Shown here piece after piece: positions 43,527 to 54,157 of a DNA stretch of 64,000 nucleotides. The notes beneath the pieces were generated by a model. That model saw nothing but the letters and a program-made list of their open reading frames with translations, was not told the origin of the DNA and did not search any database. This DNA is from an uncultured delta proteobacterium. GTDB lineage: Bacteria; Desulfobacterota; Binatia; DP-6. The stretch spans positions 320,001 through 384,000 of the forward strand of contig CAWFFN010000009.1 in the NCBI GenBank assembly GCA_963815115.1, in the 5' to 3' direction. The first letter of the stretch is position 1, and the number at the start of each line of letters is the position of its first letter. The translations under genes were made by a program, and so were the position numbers.

Positions 43527-43847
43527 ATGTTGTATAGTCTGACGACCCGCATCGCCTTGGTGCTCGCCCTGGCGGTGACGGGGGCACGGCCCGCCGGCGC
43601 CGCCGACCAGACCATCCTCGGCCGCCGGCTCGTGGTGAAGAACCCCCTCGGGGAGGCGGACAGCACCGGCAAGCGGCAGTTTGTGGTCAAGGCGAGGGAG
43701 ATCGGGAGCCCCGACACCATCGTGGGTGACCCTACCGCCGCCGGCGCCAGCCTCTCGATCACGCTCAATGACGGCACGCAGCCGTGCACCGCTGGCCTGG
43801 GTGGCCACGCCGAGAAGGCGAAAGCGCCGAGAAGGACGCCACGATGA
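43527..43847 (+). pseudogene. secreted protein fragment
   Basis: Signal peptide and ADQTILG..GDPT..GA motif related to the next gene; ends abruptly. Confidence 0.5.
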
Positions 43848-45790
43848 CGCAGTACACGCGAGCCTTGGTCGTCCTGGTGTGGGTCGTGCTCGGGGCGAGC
43901 ACGCTCCGAGCGGCGGACGAAGTGATCCTCGGCACGCAGGTCCGGATCAAAGACCCGACGGGGGTCGAGGACCGGCGGCAGGTGAAGGTGGTCGGGAAGG
44001 AATCCCAGACCGCCTTGCCGACGCCCCTCGCGCAGCCGGGTGCGGGGGCCACGTTGACGGTGGTTACGCAGGGGACGACGCCCAGCGCGCAGGCGTTCGT
44101 GCTGACCGGCACCTGGGTGGCGGCGGGGTCCAGTGGCTGGAAGTACGTGGCGGGCGGCACCGCGCCGGTGAAGTTGCTCCTCCTCAATCGGACGGCGAAC
44201 GGGACGGCGCAGCTGAAGGTGCTGCTCAAGGGGAATGTGGGCACCGACCCGCTGACCCTTGTGCCGCCGAACCTAGGCACGGAGGCCGGCATCATTCTCG
44301 ATGACGGCAACGGGACGCGGTATTGCCTGCGCCTCGGTGGCGCGGCGGGCGGGGTCGTGAAGAAGAACGACGCGACGCAGTTCTTCCTCGGGGTGCGTGC
44401 GACTGCCCCGGCAATCGAGGCGGGGTGCCCGACGACCACGACGACCAGCACGACGTTGCCGAGCACGACGACCACGACGACCACGACGTTCACGAGCACG
44501 ACGACGTTGGGGTCTCAATGTGGTCAATATCCGACGTGCGCTGACAGCTGTCCCACCGGTCAAGCCTGCGGGGTGTTCTGTGGGTTCAGAGGGTGCGGTT
44601 GTTTCTGCGTCCCGTCCGACGAATGTGCGGGTTCGGCACCAACCTGTGGCGGGTCGTGCCCCAGCGGCCAGGTCTGTAGCCCACTGAACGGCGTGAACGC
44701 CTGTGAGTGCGGATACACCTGCGATTCTTCCGAGGCGCCGACGTGTGGCGGAACGTGCCCCCCGGGGCAGGTGTGCGGGCAGGGAACGGGCACCACCGCC
44801 TGCACGTGCGTCACGCCCGACAACACCTGCGGCATTTCCCAGGGACCCACGTGCGGCGGGACGTGCCCCAGCGATGGGGCCTGCCGTCCGAGTTCGGGTG
44901 GAAACTCCTGCGAGTGCGTGTGCGGCTCGCCGCCGCTTTGCCCCTTCGTCACCAAGTGGGGCAGTACGGGTAGCGGGCACGGGCAGTTCAACGTCCCCTT
45001 GGGCGTCGCCGTGGATGCGAGCGGGCACGTCTTCGTCGCCGACGCACATAACGACCGCATCCAGAAGTTCCGGAGCGATGGGACCTTCGTCACCCAGTGG
45101 GGCAGCAACGGCAGCGGGGACGGGCAGTTCAGCTTCCCTGTTGGCGTCGCCGTGGATGGGAGCGGCAACGTCTACGTCGCCGACACGAACAACGAGCGTA
45201 TCCAGAAATTCACGAACACCGGGACCTTCCTGACGAAGTGGGGCAGCGGCCCCGAGCCCGGGGGCGTCGCCGTGGATGCGAGCGGGAACGTCTTCGTCGC
45301 CGAATCCAACGGCTCGCGTATCGACAAGTTCACGAACACCGGGACCTTCCTGCTCACCTTCGGGACCGAAGGCTCGGGGGATGGGGAGTTCGCTAACCCC
45401 GTCGGCGTCGCTGTTGATGGGAGCGGGAACGTCTTCGTCGCCGACGGCAGCTTCTTCTTCCCCGGCAACAACCGCATTCAGAAGTTCACGAACGCCGGGT
45501 CCTTCTTGACCAAGTGGGGCAGCCCGGGCAGCGGAGACGGGCAGTTCGATCAGCCCCAAGGGATCGCCGTGGACGGGAGCGGGAACGTGTTCGTCACCGA
45601 GGGCTCCCACAACACCCGCATCCAGAAGTTCACGAACACCGGCACGTTTCTCGGGCAATGGGGTTGCAATGTCGCCGGCAGCGCGGATGGGTTGTTCAGC
45701 GACCCCCGCGGGCTTGCCGTGGATGGGAGCGGTAACGTCTACGTCGCCGACTCCCTAAACAGCCGCATCCAGAAGTTCGCGTGTCCATAA
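43844..45790 (+). CDS. secreted NHL-repeat (6-bladed beta-propeller) protein with Cys-rich repeats
   Basis: Six P.GVAVD.SGNV.VAD..N.RIQKF repeats, PTCGG.CP repeats, Thr linker. Confidence 0.9.
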   Translation: MTQYTRALVVLVWVVLGASTLRAADEVILGTQVRIKDPTGVEDRRQVKVVGKESQTALPTPLAQPGAGATLTVVTQGTTPSAQAFVLTGTWVAAGSSGWKYVAGGTAPVKLLLLNRTANGTAQLKVLLKGNVGTDPLTLVPPNLGTEAGIILDDGNGTRYCLRLGGAAGGVVKKNDATQFFLGVRATAPAIEAGCPTTTTTSTTLPSTTTTTTTTFTSTTTLGSQCGQYPTCADSCPTGQACGVFCGFRGCGCFCVPSDECAGSAPTCGGSCPSGQVCSPLNGVNACECGYTCDSSEAPTCGGTCPPGQVCGQGTGTTACTCVTPDNTCGISQGPTCGGTCPSDGACRPSSGGNSCECVCGSPPLCPFVTKWGSTGSGHGQFNVPLGVAVDASGHVFVADAHNDRIQKFRSDGTFVTQWGSNGSGDGQFSFPVGVAVDGSGNVYVADTNNERIQKFTNTGTFLTKWGSGPEPGGVAVDASGNVFVAESNGSRIDKFTNTGTFLLTFGTEGSGDGEFANPVGVAVDGSGNVFVADGSFFFPGNNRIQKFTNAGSFLTKWGSPGSGDGQFDQPQGIAVDGSGNVFVTEGSHNTRIQKFTNTGTFLGQWGCNVAGSADGLFSDPRGLAVDGSGNVYVADSLNSRIQKFACP

Positions 45791-46037
45791 GACAGTTGCC
45801 TGACGCAGACCCAGCGTCGCTTACTGCGACCTGCCACTTGTGTCGTTCCTGTTTGGGCTCGGGAGCGCGGTCGGCATCACGTCGATCGCGGCGGGTCTGG
45901 CGTGAAGTGGCAGCGGATCGGACTGTCGCTTCTACCCGCGTGCGACGTGCCAGTCGCGCCGGTCGCACGGGCCGAGGAGGGTACGCGCCGACTCCTCGCG
46001 TAGGGCGGCGCGCGGCGCACGTTGCTGGGACTCGTAG

Positions 46038-47600
46038 CTGATAGGCACGACGAAGGGCCTTTTGCCGCGGAGGCTTACAGAACGCCCCATCCCGGACCTT
46101 CGCCGCATTTTCGCCCGCTCCGTAACAAGTTCCCACCGACCCCGGGGGTCGACCCGCGATGGAGGAAACTGGTACGGCGCCGCTGCCGGCACGAGGTCGA
46201 GCAATGTCTGGTGCGCGAAGCCCGCTAACAAGTTGGACCCGACGTCCCGTGCGCACCCGTGATTGTCGCCACGGACCGCGCGGTCCGCGAGCACGCTTGG
46301 TAGACTGCTGCCCCAGGGACGTCACGCCGGCAGAAGGGAGGACGTGACGATGGAGGTCATCCATGCCCAGTGCGCGGGGCTCGACGTACACAAGCAGACC
46401 GTGGTGGCCTGCGTGCGGATCACGGGCGCGGGGGGCGTGCGGCGCGAGGTGCGGACGTTTGCGACGACCGCCGCCGAGCTGCTGGCCTTGCAGGAGTGGC
46501 TGGTGGCCGCCGGCTGCACCCATGCCGTGCTGGAGTCGACGGGCGTCTACTGGAAACCCGTGTGGCACGTGCTCGAGGACCACCTGACCCTCGTGCTGGC
46601 CAACGCGACGGCGGTGCGCAATCTGCCCGGGCGCAAGAGCGACGTGAGCGACGCGCAGTGGCTCGCGGACGCTCGCCCATGGGCTGGTGCGCGGCAGCTT
46701 CGTGCCGCCCGCGCCGATTCAGGCGTTGCGCGAGCTGACGCGGACGCGCAAGCAGCTCGGGCGGGAGGTCACCGCCCACAGTCAGCGGATCGAGAAGGTG
46801 CTGGAGAGCGCGGACGTGAAGCTCGCCGCGGTGCTCCGCCCGCTGCTCGGCGTCAGCGGGCGGGCATCATCGCGGCCCTGGCGGCGGGCGAAACCGATCC
46901 CGAGCGCCTCGTGGCGTTAGCCCACCCGCGGCTGCGGCCGAAGCGGGCCGCGCTGCGGGCCGCGCTGCCCGGGCACGTCCGGCCGCATCATCGCGTCTTG
47001 CTGGGTCAGCACCTGCGGGTGGTCGAGACGCTGCGGGCGACGATCGCGGAGCTGGATGCCGCGATCGGGGCCGCCGTCGCCCCGTATCGCGCCGCCGTCG
47101 ACCACCTCGTGACGATGCCCGGCGTGAGCACGACGGCGGCGCAGATCCTGGTCGCGGAGATCGGCACGGACATGAGCCGCTTCCCCAGCGCGGGGCATCT
47201 CGTCTCCTGGGCGGGGCTGTGTCCGCGCCAGGACGCGAGTGCGGGCAAGCACCGCTCCACGCGCCTCCGCAAGGGGGCGCCGTGGCTCAAGCCCGTGCTC
47301 ATTCAGGGCGCGTGGGCAGCGGTGCGAGGCCGCGAGGGCTACCTGCGCACCCAGTTCCTGCGCCTCAAGCATCGCCGCGGTCCGATGAAGGCCATCGTCG
47401 CGGTGGCCGCCTCCATGCTCACCGCCGCCTATTACATGCTGCGCGACGACCAAGACTATCACGACCTCGGGGCCGCCCACTTCCAGCGCGGCGACCACAA
47501 CCACCTCGTCGCCGGACTCACCCGCCGCCTCCACCACCTCGGTTACGAGGTCACGCTCCGCCCCGCCGCTGACGCCGCGTACGAGCGAGTTACTTGGTAG
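46038..47600 (+). mobile_element. 90-bp module (46038-46127) plus IS110 element, copy 3
   Basis: Same as copies 1 and 2 apart from small indels. Confidence 0.95.
46344..47572 (+). pseudogene. IS110 recombinase with frameshifts (possibly read errors)
   Basis: Deletions near 46670, 46865 and 47569 relative to copies 1 and 2. Confidence 0.85.
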
Positions 47601-47690
47601 CTGATAGGCACGACGAAGGGCCTTTTGCCGCGGAGGCTTACAGAACGCCCCATCCCGGACCTTCGCCGCATTTTCGCCCGCTCCGTAACA
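47601..47690 (+). repeat. 90-bp module abutting the IS110 right end
   Basis: TACTTGGTAG then CTGATAGG...CCGTAACA, then unrelated GGGAGG. Confidence 0.95.
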
Positions 47691-48083
47691 GGGAGGACTG
47701 GAATTACTGGCCGTTCATCGGCACGGGTCAGGGGATTCCGCTCGACCGCACGGATCCCACGATACCGTGGACTTCGAACGGGGAGCACGTCGACCAGCAG
47801 CATTCGACCGGTTTCGGGGGCGATGGCGACCCGATCGTGGTCACGCACACGTGGCACTGGCAGCTGACCCTGGAGCCCGACCCTGGGCAGTAGGGTGGCA
47901 CGTCAGCGACCCCGAGCCCAGCGAGTTCCGTCGCTGCCGTGGTAAACTCCCTCATGGAAGAGCAGCGAGGGGCCCGGGTGCCGACGAGCCGTATCTTTCG
48001 CGGCCGGGAGTCGCCTCACCCGGGACACGATTGATCGGGGACGACTCCGGAGGAGAGGATCGAAGCGGTCTGGGAGTAGCTGA

Positions 48084-48108
48084 GTGCGAAAGGGGGGACT
48101 TGAACCCC
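48084..48108 (-). other. tRNA(Leu)-like 3' end remnant, probable att site
   Basis: Reverse complement GGGGTTCAAGTCCCCCCTTTCGCAC gives T-arm plus acceptor 3' strand; rest of the tRNA absent. Confidence 0.65.
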
Positions 48109-48210
48109 TGATGGATCCCGTAACTCCGCAGACGTATTAAGGGCTTACCCGCCAGGAACCGCCATCTGGAGGCAGGAAACGTGCCTCTGAGGCACATTGT
48201 TCCTGGCATG

Positions 48211-49063
48211 CTAGCGCGGCTCTTGTGCGCGTGGTGAAACGTCGTTCGCCGAGACTGCACGCATCGCCTTCATGAGATCGTCGGCGGTCGCCCCGAGCCC
48301 GAAGGTTTCGGCCAGGAGAACGAGCAGGGCGAGCGGCATGCGGAACACGTACCACAGCTCCAGCTCGATGCTCGCGATGAGCGGAACCTGGAGCGCCGAA
48401 CCGTGAACAAGGTCATGGCGGAAGCGATCGAAGCGGCGCAGCCGATCTGGGTCGTAGACCGTGCCGTCGGTGAACGCTGTCCAGCCCGACGGGGGTCGGC
48501 AGATCGCGAAGACGAGGGCGAACTTGGTCATGAGCGATTCGTGGCTCAGCTGCTTGAGTTCCGCATCCATCAGACGTCTGAGGACATCGTCGGCGTTGGA
48601 CCCTCGTTGTTCGGCGAGGCGGATTCTGCGGTCCTTGAGACGCTCTGCCCATGCGTCCGGCGCGACCAGCGTGGTGATGCGGCAGCAGTCGAGGGCGGCA
48701 TCATCGATCACCGCGTGGGCGAACACGACTGTCGCCGCGTCGATCACGGCAGACGCGCTCTGGACCGTGTGGTTCACCATGGTGTGCGCGAACATGTCGA
48801 CGTCGGTCTTACTGATAGCGGAGGGGTCCTTCAGGATCCCCTCGTACCCAGGGTCGTTCTGAAGCTTGTCGAAGAGGTCCGCGTGCTCCTTGAGCAGGAG
48901 GTCGGGCCCCTGCGCCAGGCCGATCTTGCCCACCCGACGAAAGCAGGCGACGAGATTCCACCCTCTCGTCCACCGAGCCGTTGTCTGTGCGAAGAGGGCA
49001 GCCGCTTCCTCCCGTGGCGTCACGTTCAGACTCGCAGTCCCTAGTGTATCGCACGCCGCCATG
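48211..49063 (-). CDS. hypothetical protein with HEPN-like Rx4H motif (start uncertain)
   Basis: VVFAHAVID...RHDLVH. Confidence 0.55.
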
Positions 49064-49126
49064 CATGGGCCATCTTGCCGTGGCGTGGGGCGGAGCAGTC
49101 GCGGGAGGGTGTTCGACCTCGGGCCA

Positions 49127-49258
49127 GCGTCGAGTACCCCGCGTATCGCGTGAGTGTACTGCGTAGCCCACGGGCCGTCGGCCGACCATTCGAGCTGACC
49201 GTACCCCGCCCCGTGGGGAGTCTCTGACGCTCCGGACGTAGTACCTGCCGTCTCGCTC
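49127..49258 (+). repeat. about 130-bp direct repeat, copy 1
   Basis: Nearly identical to 51984-52112. Confidence 0.9.
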
Positions 49259-49541
49259 CCGGCTGTCCCAAGCCGGAACTGGCGAGCCCCGATGGCCGAA
49301 GCCTTTGCCAAGACTCTCGCCCGCGTGGCCGAAGGTCGCGCCGCCAACGTGGCGCAGCTACACGCGCTCGCCACCCGGTTGGAGCAGCTCCCGCTGGAGG
49401 ACGCGGTCGACGCGCTCTTCCTTGAGCCCGTTCTGGCTGAGCTAGCATGGCAAGCGGCTCGGGTCTTGGAACGGGCTCCCACAGGAGCGCTGCCTCAATT
49501 CGACAAGAAACAACTTCGAGCTCCCCGAGATCGTAGGGCGA

Positions 49542-49994
49542 TCACACCTTCGCAGCGGCTATGCTCGCACCCAGGATCGAGTCGCGACGTAGCCACAGGA
49601 AAACGAAGATCAACATCGAGGGCAGCTCGTACAGATACGCCGTCCCGATGTGGTAGCTGAACGGCAGGTACTTGGCTCCGGGCTGGAGCGAAAATGATCC
49701 GTCGTTGACCCACGTGCCGATGAATCGAAAGCCGACGAGGATGGTGAAGATGACCGACCAGATGAGCAGGTTGATCTCAAGGTACCGCTCCGGATCCCTC
49801 CAGCCGTAGAAGGCGAGGATTCCCAGTCCCAGCTCCGTCACGAGGTACCACGCCCGGACCTCGACCTCGGCCGGCCAGTTGTCGATCCCGATGCCCGTCA
49901 GCGTTGCGATGATCTGCGGGAAGATCGCACATGCGACCCCGTAGCCCGCCCAGATGATACCCGTCGTCAGAACGAACCAGCGACTGAAGGACAT
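49542..49994 (-). CDS. DUF4345-like membrane protein
   Basis: Four TM segments, EVRAWY. Confidence 0.65.
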   Translation of the reverse strand: MSFSRWFVLTTGIIWAGYGVACAIFPQIIATLTGIGIDNWPAEVEVRAWYLVTELGLGILAFYGWRDPERYLEINLLIWSVIFTILVGFRFIGTWVNDGSFSLQPGAKYLPFSYHIGTAYLYELPSMLIFVFLWLRRDSILGASIAAAKV

Positions 49995-50030
49995 CGAACC
50001 TCCCGTTTCAAGTGGCTGGTCATGCCAGCG

Positions 50031-50867
50031 CTATGAGGCCCTCGGGTAGTAGAGCGCCATGTCGATCTCGCCCGCCGCGGCGTCCTCGAGCCATCGTCGG
50101 ATCCACGTCGGCTCGGGCGCGCCGTCCGCCTTGTGGCCGGGCAGCGCAGTGCCGAGAAGCCCGAGGGCCAGGGCCACGCGGCCCGTCGTGCCTCTGAACA
50201 TCCCGAGCAGATGATCGTGCGGGACGCTGTTCGCCGCGGCCGGCACGAGGCGGTTCATGCCGTCGACGGCGATGCGTCCCACCTCGCCGAGGTGCCTCGC
50301 CATCGCAGGGAAGCTCTTGATGCGGAACCAGTAGTCGCCGACGACGTCGTCGTAGACGTCCGAGGCGCAGCGTCGATGCTCGAACTCTTCCACTAGGTGC
50401 CAGAGCATGAAGCTCGCTATCCGCGGATCGCTGTCCCCGAACAGGTGGGCGACGTTGCGGACGGCGAAGATCGCGAACGGCGTGAACAGGTTCTCCAGCG
50501 ACGCCATGTACGAGAGGTTGAACTCGAGGCTCTCGTTCTCGAGGAGCGCGTCGTAAGATCTCATGATCTCCTGCTGCACCCCGTCGAGACCCGGATAGCG
50601 CTCGTTCAGCAGTTTCAGATGCGCTTGGTGTTGTCGGGCGTGCTGGCTCTCCTGCTGGCTGAACAGCCTCGCCTCGCGCCGGATCCTCTCGTCCCGGATG
50701 CGAGGCATCGCTTCGCCCACCGCGCGTACGAAGTAGCGTTCGAAGGCCGGACCGATGAACGTGATGGTGTTGAACAGATTCCCGCAGTAGGGATTGCCTC
50801 GGTTCCACTGGAAGGAAAGGTCGGGCTCGAACCGGAAGTTCAGCCTTCTCACCTCGATCTCTGCCAT
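50031..50867 (-). CDS. putative metal-dependent hydrolase
   Basis: FERYF, QESQHARQH, WHLVEEFEHR. Confidence 0.85.
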   Translation of the reverse strand: MAEIEVRRLNFRFEPDLSFQWNRGNPYCGNLFNTITFIGPAFERYFVRAVGEAMPRIRDERIRREARLFSQQESQHARQHQAHLKLLNERYPGLDGVQQEIMRSYDALLENESLEFNLSYMASLENLFTPFAIFAVRNVAHLFGDSDPRIASFMLWHLVEEFEHRRCASDVYDDVVGDYWFRIKSFPAMARHLGEVGRIAVDGMNRLVPAAANSVPHDHLLGMFRGTTGRVALALGLLGTALPGHKADGAPEPTWIRRWLEDAAAGEIDMALYYPRAS

Positions 50868-50933
50868 CGCAAGCTCCTGCTTCACACGTCCCAGAGGCAA
50901 TCGCCGACCGACGCGTCGACCCGTCGTCGGTAG

Positions 50934-50947
50934 TACAGTTGACTGTA
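50934..50947. promoter_or_regulatory. TetR operator-like palindrome
   Basis: TACAGT-TG-ACTGTA between the divergent hydrolase and tetR genes. Confidence 0.65.
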
Positions 50948-50963
50948 AGGGTCAAGTACGCTG

Positions 50964-51660
50964 TATGCCCTGCGTGGCTACGCCAGCTCGACATCCGACC
51001 CCATCGCCGGCCTCGCGACGCGAGCGGCGCGTGCATGAGGTGCATGATCGAATCCTGCGGGCCGCCATGCAGCGCTTCGCTGAGCACGGCATCGACTCGA
51101 CCAAGGTCGATGAGATCTGCGCCCTCGCGGACGTCGCGCAGAAGACGTTCTTCAACCACTTTCCGACGAAGCAGCACATCGTCCGCGAGATTGCCGCGGG
51201 CTTCTTACACGACCTCCTCGCGATCCTGGACGAAGCTCGCCGTGCCCCCGGCACGACGGCGCAACGCCTTGAGCGCTTCTTCACGCTGGTCGCGACGGGG
51301 GTCGAGCGCGCCGGCCCGATGCGCCGAGATTTCGTGATGGAGGTGATCCGCCTCGTGCACGGCGACCGGACCGACCTCGAGCAGAGCAGACGGCTCTACG
51401 CCGCGTTCGGTGCGATGCTACGCGACGGGGTGCGCGCGGGCGACGTCACCGGCGCATACCCGGTCGCGGTTCTCAGCGAGGTCGTCGTCGGCACCGTTAA
51501 CACGCTGATGCTCAACTGGCTCGGAATCGACGACTATCCCTTCCGCGCACGAGCGACCGCCATGGCGCGCTTCCTCGCCGATGCTCTTCGCGTGCGGAAG
51601 GGAAGCGTCGCTGCGGCCAGGGTCAAGAACCGCGAGGGAATGACGAAGGGATGCCGGTGA
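50964..51660 (+). CDS. TetR/AcrR regulator
   Basis: RILRAA..RFAEHG...EICALADVAQKTFFNHFPTK. Confidence 0.9.
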
Positions 51661-51751
51661 GAGCTAGGGTCGACGCGCTGGCGTAGACGGTTGCCTTCGC
51701 CCGCGCCCAACAGCGATCAGACGGGGGCGCGGCCGTCGACGAGAGTGAGCT

Positions 51752-51980
51752 CGGCACCATCTACCTCGCGAAGTCGGGCGGTTCTACAAGATCGGCAGGT
51801 CTGGTGCCGTAGGACGCCGCGAGTATGAGCTGGCGATCCAGGTTCCCGAGCGGCTCAAGATGGTGCACGTGATCGGGACGGACGAGCCGAACGGGATCGA
51901 AGGGTACTGGCACAGGCGCTTCGAGGCGAAGCGAAGAACAGCGAGTGGTTCGATCTGGACGCAGCCGACGTCGCGCTGGG
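51752..51980 (+). pseudogene. GIY-YIG (T5orf172-like) nuclease fragment
   Basis: IYLAKSG..YKIG, GIEGYWHRRF, EWFDLD across frameshifts. Confidence 0.65.
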
Positions 51981-51983
51981 TGG

Positions 51984-52112
51984 GCGTCGAGTAGCCCGCG
52001 TATCGCGTGAGTGTACTGCGTGGCCCACGGGCCATCGGCCGACCATTCGAGCTGACTGTACCCCGCCCCGTGGGGAGTCTCTGACGCTCCGGACGAGTAC
52101 CTCGTCTCGCTC
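51984..52112 (+). repeat. about 130-bp direct repeat, copy 2
   Basis: Nearly identical to 49127-49258. Confidence 0.9.
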
Positions 52113-52284
52113 GCGATGGTCGCGAGATGAAACCACTGGATCTCAAGGCGCACCTCGTGGTACGTCCGACGGCGTGGCGAAACCCTCGTCGAAAACGCCC
52201 GTCGCGCGCCTTGGAAGATCAAATGGTTGGCGACGCCGCCCTTGGTGAGGCGAAACCAACAGGTTCTGCCACAGGGAGGCGACG

Positions 52285-52881
52285 ATGAAGGCAGCGATCT
52301 ACGCTCGGGTCAGTACCTCGAACGGCGAGCAGAACCCGGAGACGCAGCTGGACGAGCTGCGTACCTGGGCGCAGCGGCTTGGGCACGACGTCGTCGCGGG
52401 GTACGTCGATCGAGTGTCCGGAGCGAAGGGCGCTGATGAGCGTCCCGCGCTTGCGGACGCGCTCCAGGCCGCGCATGAGCGGCGGTTCGACGTTCTGCTC
52501 GTCTGGGCGCTCGACAGGCTTAGCAGGGGCGGCATCGGGCCCACGGCTGGGATCCTCGACCGACTCCGACGGTCAGGTGTCGCGTTGAAAAGCTACAAGG
52601 AACCCTGGCTCGACACCGCCGCGCCGGGCGTCGGCGAGCTGCTGACGGCTGTCTTCTCGTGGGTTGCCCAGCAAGAGCGGGAGCGCATTCGGGAGCGCGT
52701 CCGCGCCGGACTCGATCGCGCGCGACGACGTGGGACGAAGAGCGGCCGGGCGATTGGCAGGCCACGCGTGCACATCGATCCGGAGCGGGCCCGACGGGCC
52801 GTCGAGCATGCCGGGTCGATCCGCCAGGCGGCGAAGCGGCTGGGCGTGTCCGTGCGGTCGCTCCGACGGCGGCTCGCGTAG
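52285..52881 (+). CDS. resolvase/invertase-type serine recombinase
   Basis: YARVST, LDRLSR, GRP, C-terminal HTH. Confidence 0.92.
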   Translation: MKAAIYARVSTSNGEQNPETQLDELRTWAQRLGHDVVAGYVDRVSGAKGADERPALADALQAAHERRFDVLLVWALDRLSRGGIGPTAGILDRLRRSGVALKSYKEPWLDTAAPGVGELLTAVFSWVAQQERERIRERVRAGLDRARRRGTKSGRAIGRPRVHIDPERARRAVEHAGSIRQAAKRLGVSVRSLRRRLA

Positions 52882-52889
52882 GGACCCAG

Positions 52890-53050
52890 CGCGCCGACGT
52901 ACCTACGTCGGCCGGGCGCTCGACGCGGCCATCGACCTCGCGACCGTCCAGCGGCTCGTCGGGCACCGGTCGCCGATAACCGCCAGTCGGTACGATCGCA
53001 GAGACGATCGCGCCCGCGAACGTGCCGCTAGACTGGTGCGGCTGCCGATG
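52890..53050 (+). pseudogene. tyrosine recombinase C-terminal fragment
   Basis: RRTYV...DLATVQRLVGHRSPITASRYDRR. Confidence 0.7.
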
Positions 53051-53275
53051 CATTGTAGGAGTCGGCGGGGCTGGCAAGCGCGGCGCGGTTTGATATGGCC
53101 GCGCCATGGAACAGTCTCAGGTGTGCGACCAGCCTGCTCATCCGCCCCCGAAGTGCTCCGCAGTCGGCGTGCCGCATAACCGGAGGCAGACCGAGGACCG
53201 CACGGCTGCCGCGCCGCTGTGTACGGGTCGCGATGAGGCTGCAGTTGGTGGACCCGAACCTGCAACGTCAGCCTG

Positions 53276-53902
53276 ATGCTCGACCTCACGAAGGGAACGC
53301 TCAACTGTTGGGTATTCGGAGGCCTAGACCTGTTCGAGGGCCTCAAAGAATACACCGGCCGCCTCGAAGAGCAGATCGACCGCATGGCCGAAACGGAGCG
53401 TCACCGGCTAGCAGAGGTGCCACCAGACGATGAACCAGAAGCCTCCGAGCGGTGGCACCGCCACTGGTTGTTCGAGGACGCGATACCTCGGAACTTCCGC
53501 TACTCCGGAGTCACGCTACTGGTGACGACCATTGAGACAATACTTCTGCAGGTGTGTCAGGAACTACGTACCTCGCGGAAATTGCCGCTCGCAGTCAGTG
53601 ACCTCCACGGCCGGACCCACGAGAGAGCCCTCAAGTATCTCCAGAAGGTTGCGGGTATTCAGTTGCCGGCATCGACGTTCCGATCGACGCTGAAGCATCT
53701 GGTTACCGTGCGACATTGCATCGCGCACGCGGCAGGCAATGTGAACTTGATGGGCAGCCCGGAGGCCGTACGTGTCGCGGTGGCAGGCCTCGACGGGTTC
53801 AACCTCTCCTCTGACGACTACGTGGAGATCGACAAGGGAGTTTGCAACCGTCTCGTTGATGAGGCTTCCAGGTGGCTCGATGAGGTGGTGGAAGCCACTT
53901 GA
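53276..53902 (+). CDS. HEPN-like hypothetical protein
   Basis: VTTIE..L, RHCIAH (Rx4H). Confidence 0.65.
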   Translation: MLDLTKGTLNCWVFGGLDLFEGLKEYTGRLEEQIDRMAETERHRLAEVPPDDEPEASERWHRHWLFEDAIPRNFRYSGVTLLVTTIETILLQVCQELRTSRKLPLAVSDLHGRTHERALKYLQKVAGIQLPASTFRSTLKHLVTVRHCIAHAAGNVNLMGSPEAVRVAVAGLDGFNLSSDDYVEIDKGVCNRLVDEASRWLDEVVEAT

Positions 53903-54157
53903 GCCTGGCGGCTCGGTTGGGGAACCTGCAGGGAGTTGGGCTCGAAGCACCGACCATCCCCGACGCGGAGGCGGTGCAGCGCTCGACGACCATGAGGCTG
54001 CGTGAACGCGACGGGGCCAGACACAGTAGGAAGGTTCCCATGTCGTGCGACATCTGCATGACGGTGGCGTGCGCGGCGACCGTCGCAGCCTTGACGGCTG
54101 CTCGCTGGATGGCGGCCGAGCTCTAGCCCGGACAGGCAAGGCATCGAGGGCGATTGT

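Noticed and set aside
44941-45780. DNA tandem repeats in the NHL gene as a separate element
   Set aside because: Fully explained by the coding beta-propeller blades
46344-47572. programmed frameshifting in IS110 copy 3 and other genes
   Set aside because: Scattered small deletions relative to otherwise matching copies, without slippery sites; more likely decay or sequencing error
48084-48108. intact tRNA gene
   Set aside because: Only the T-arm and acceptor 3' strand are present
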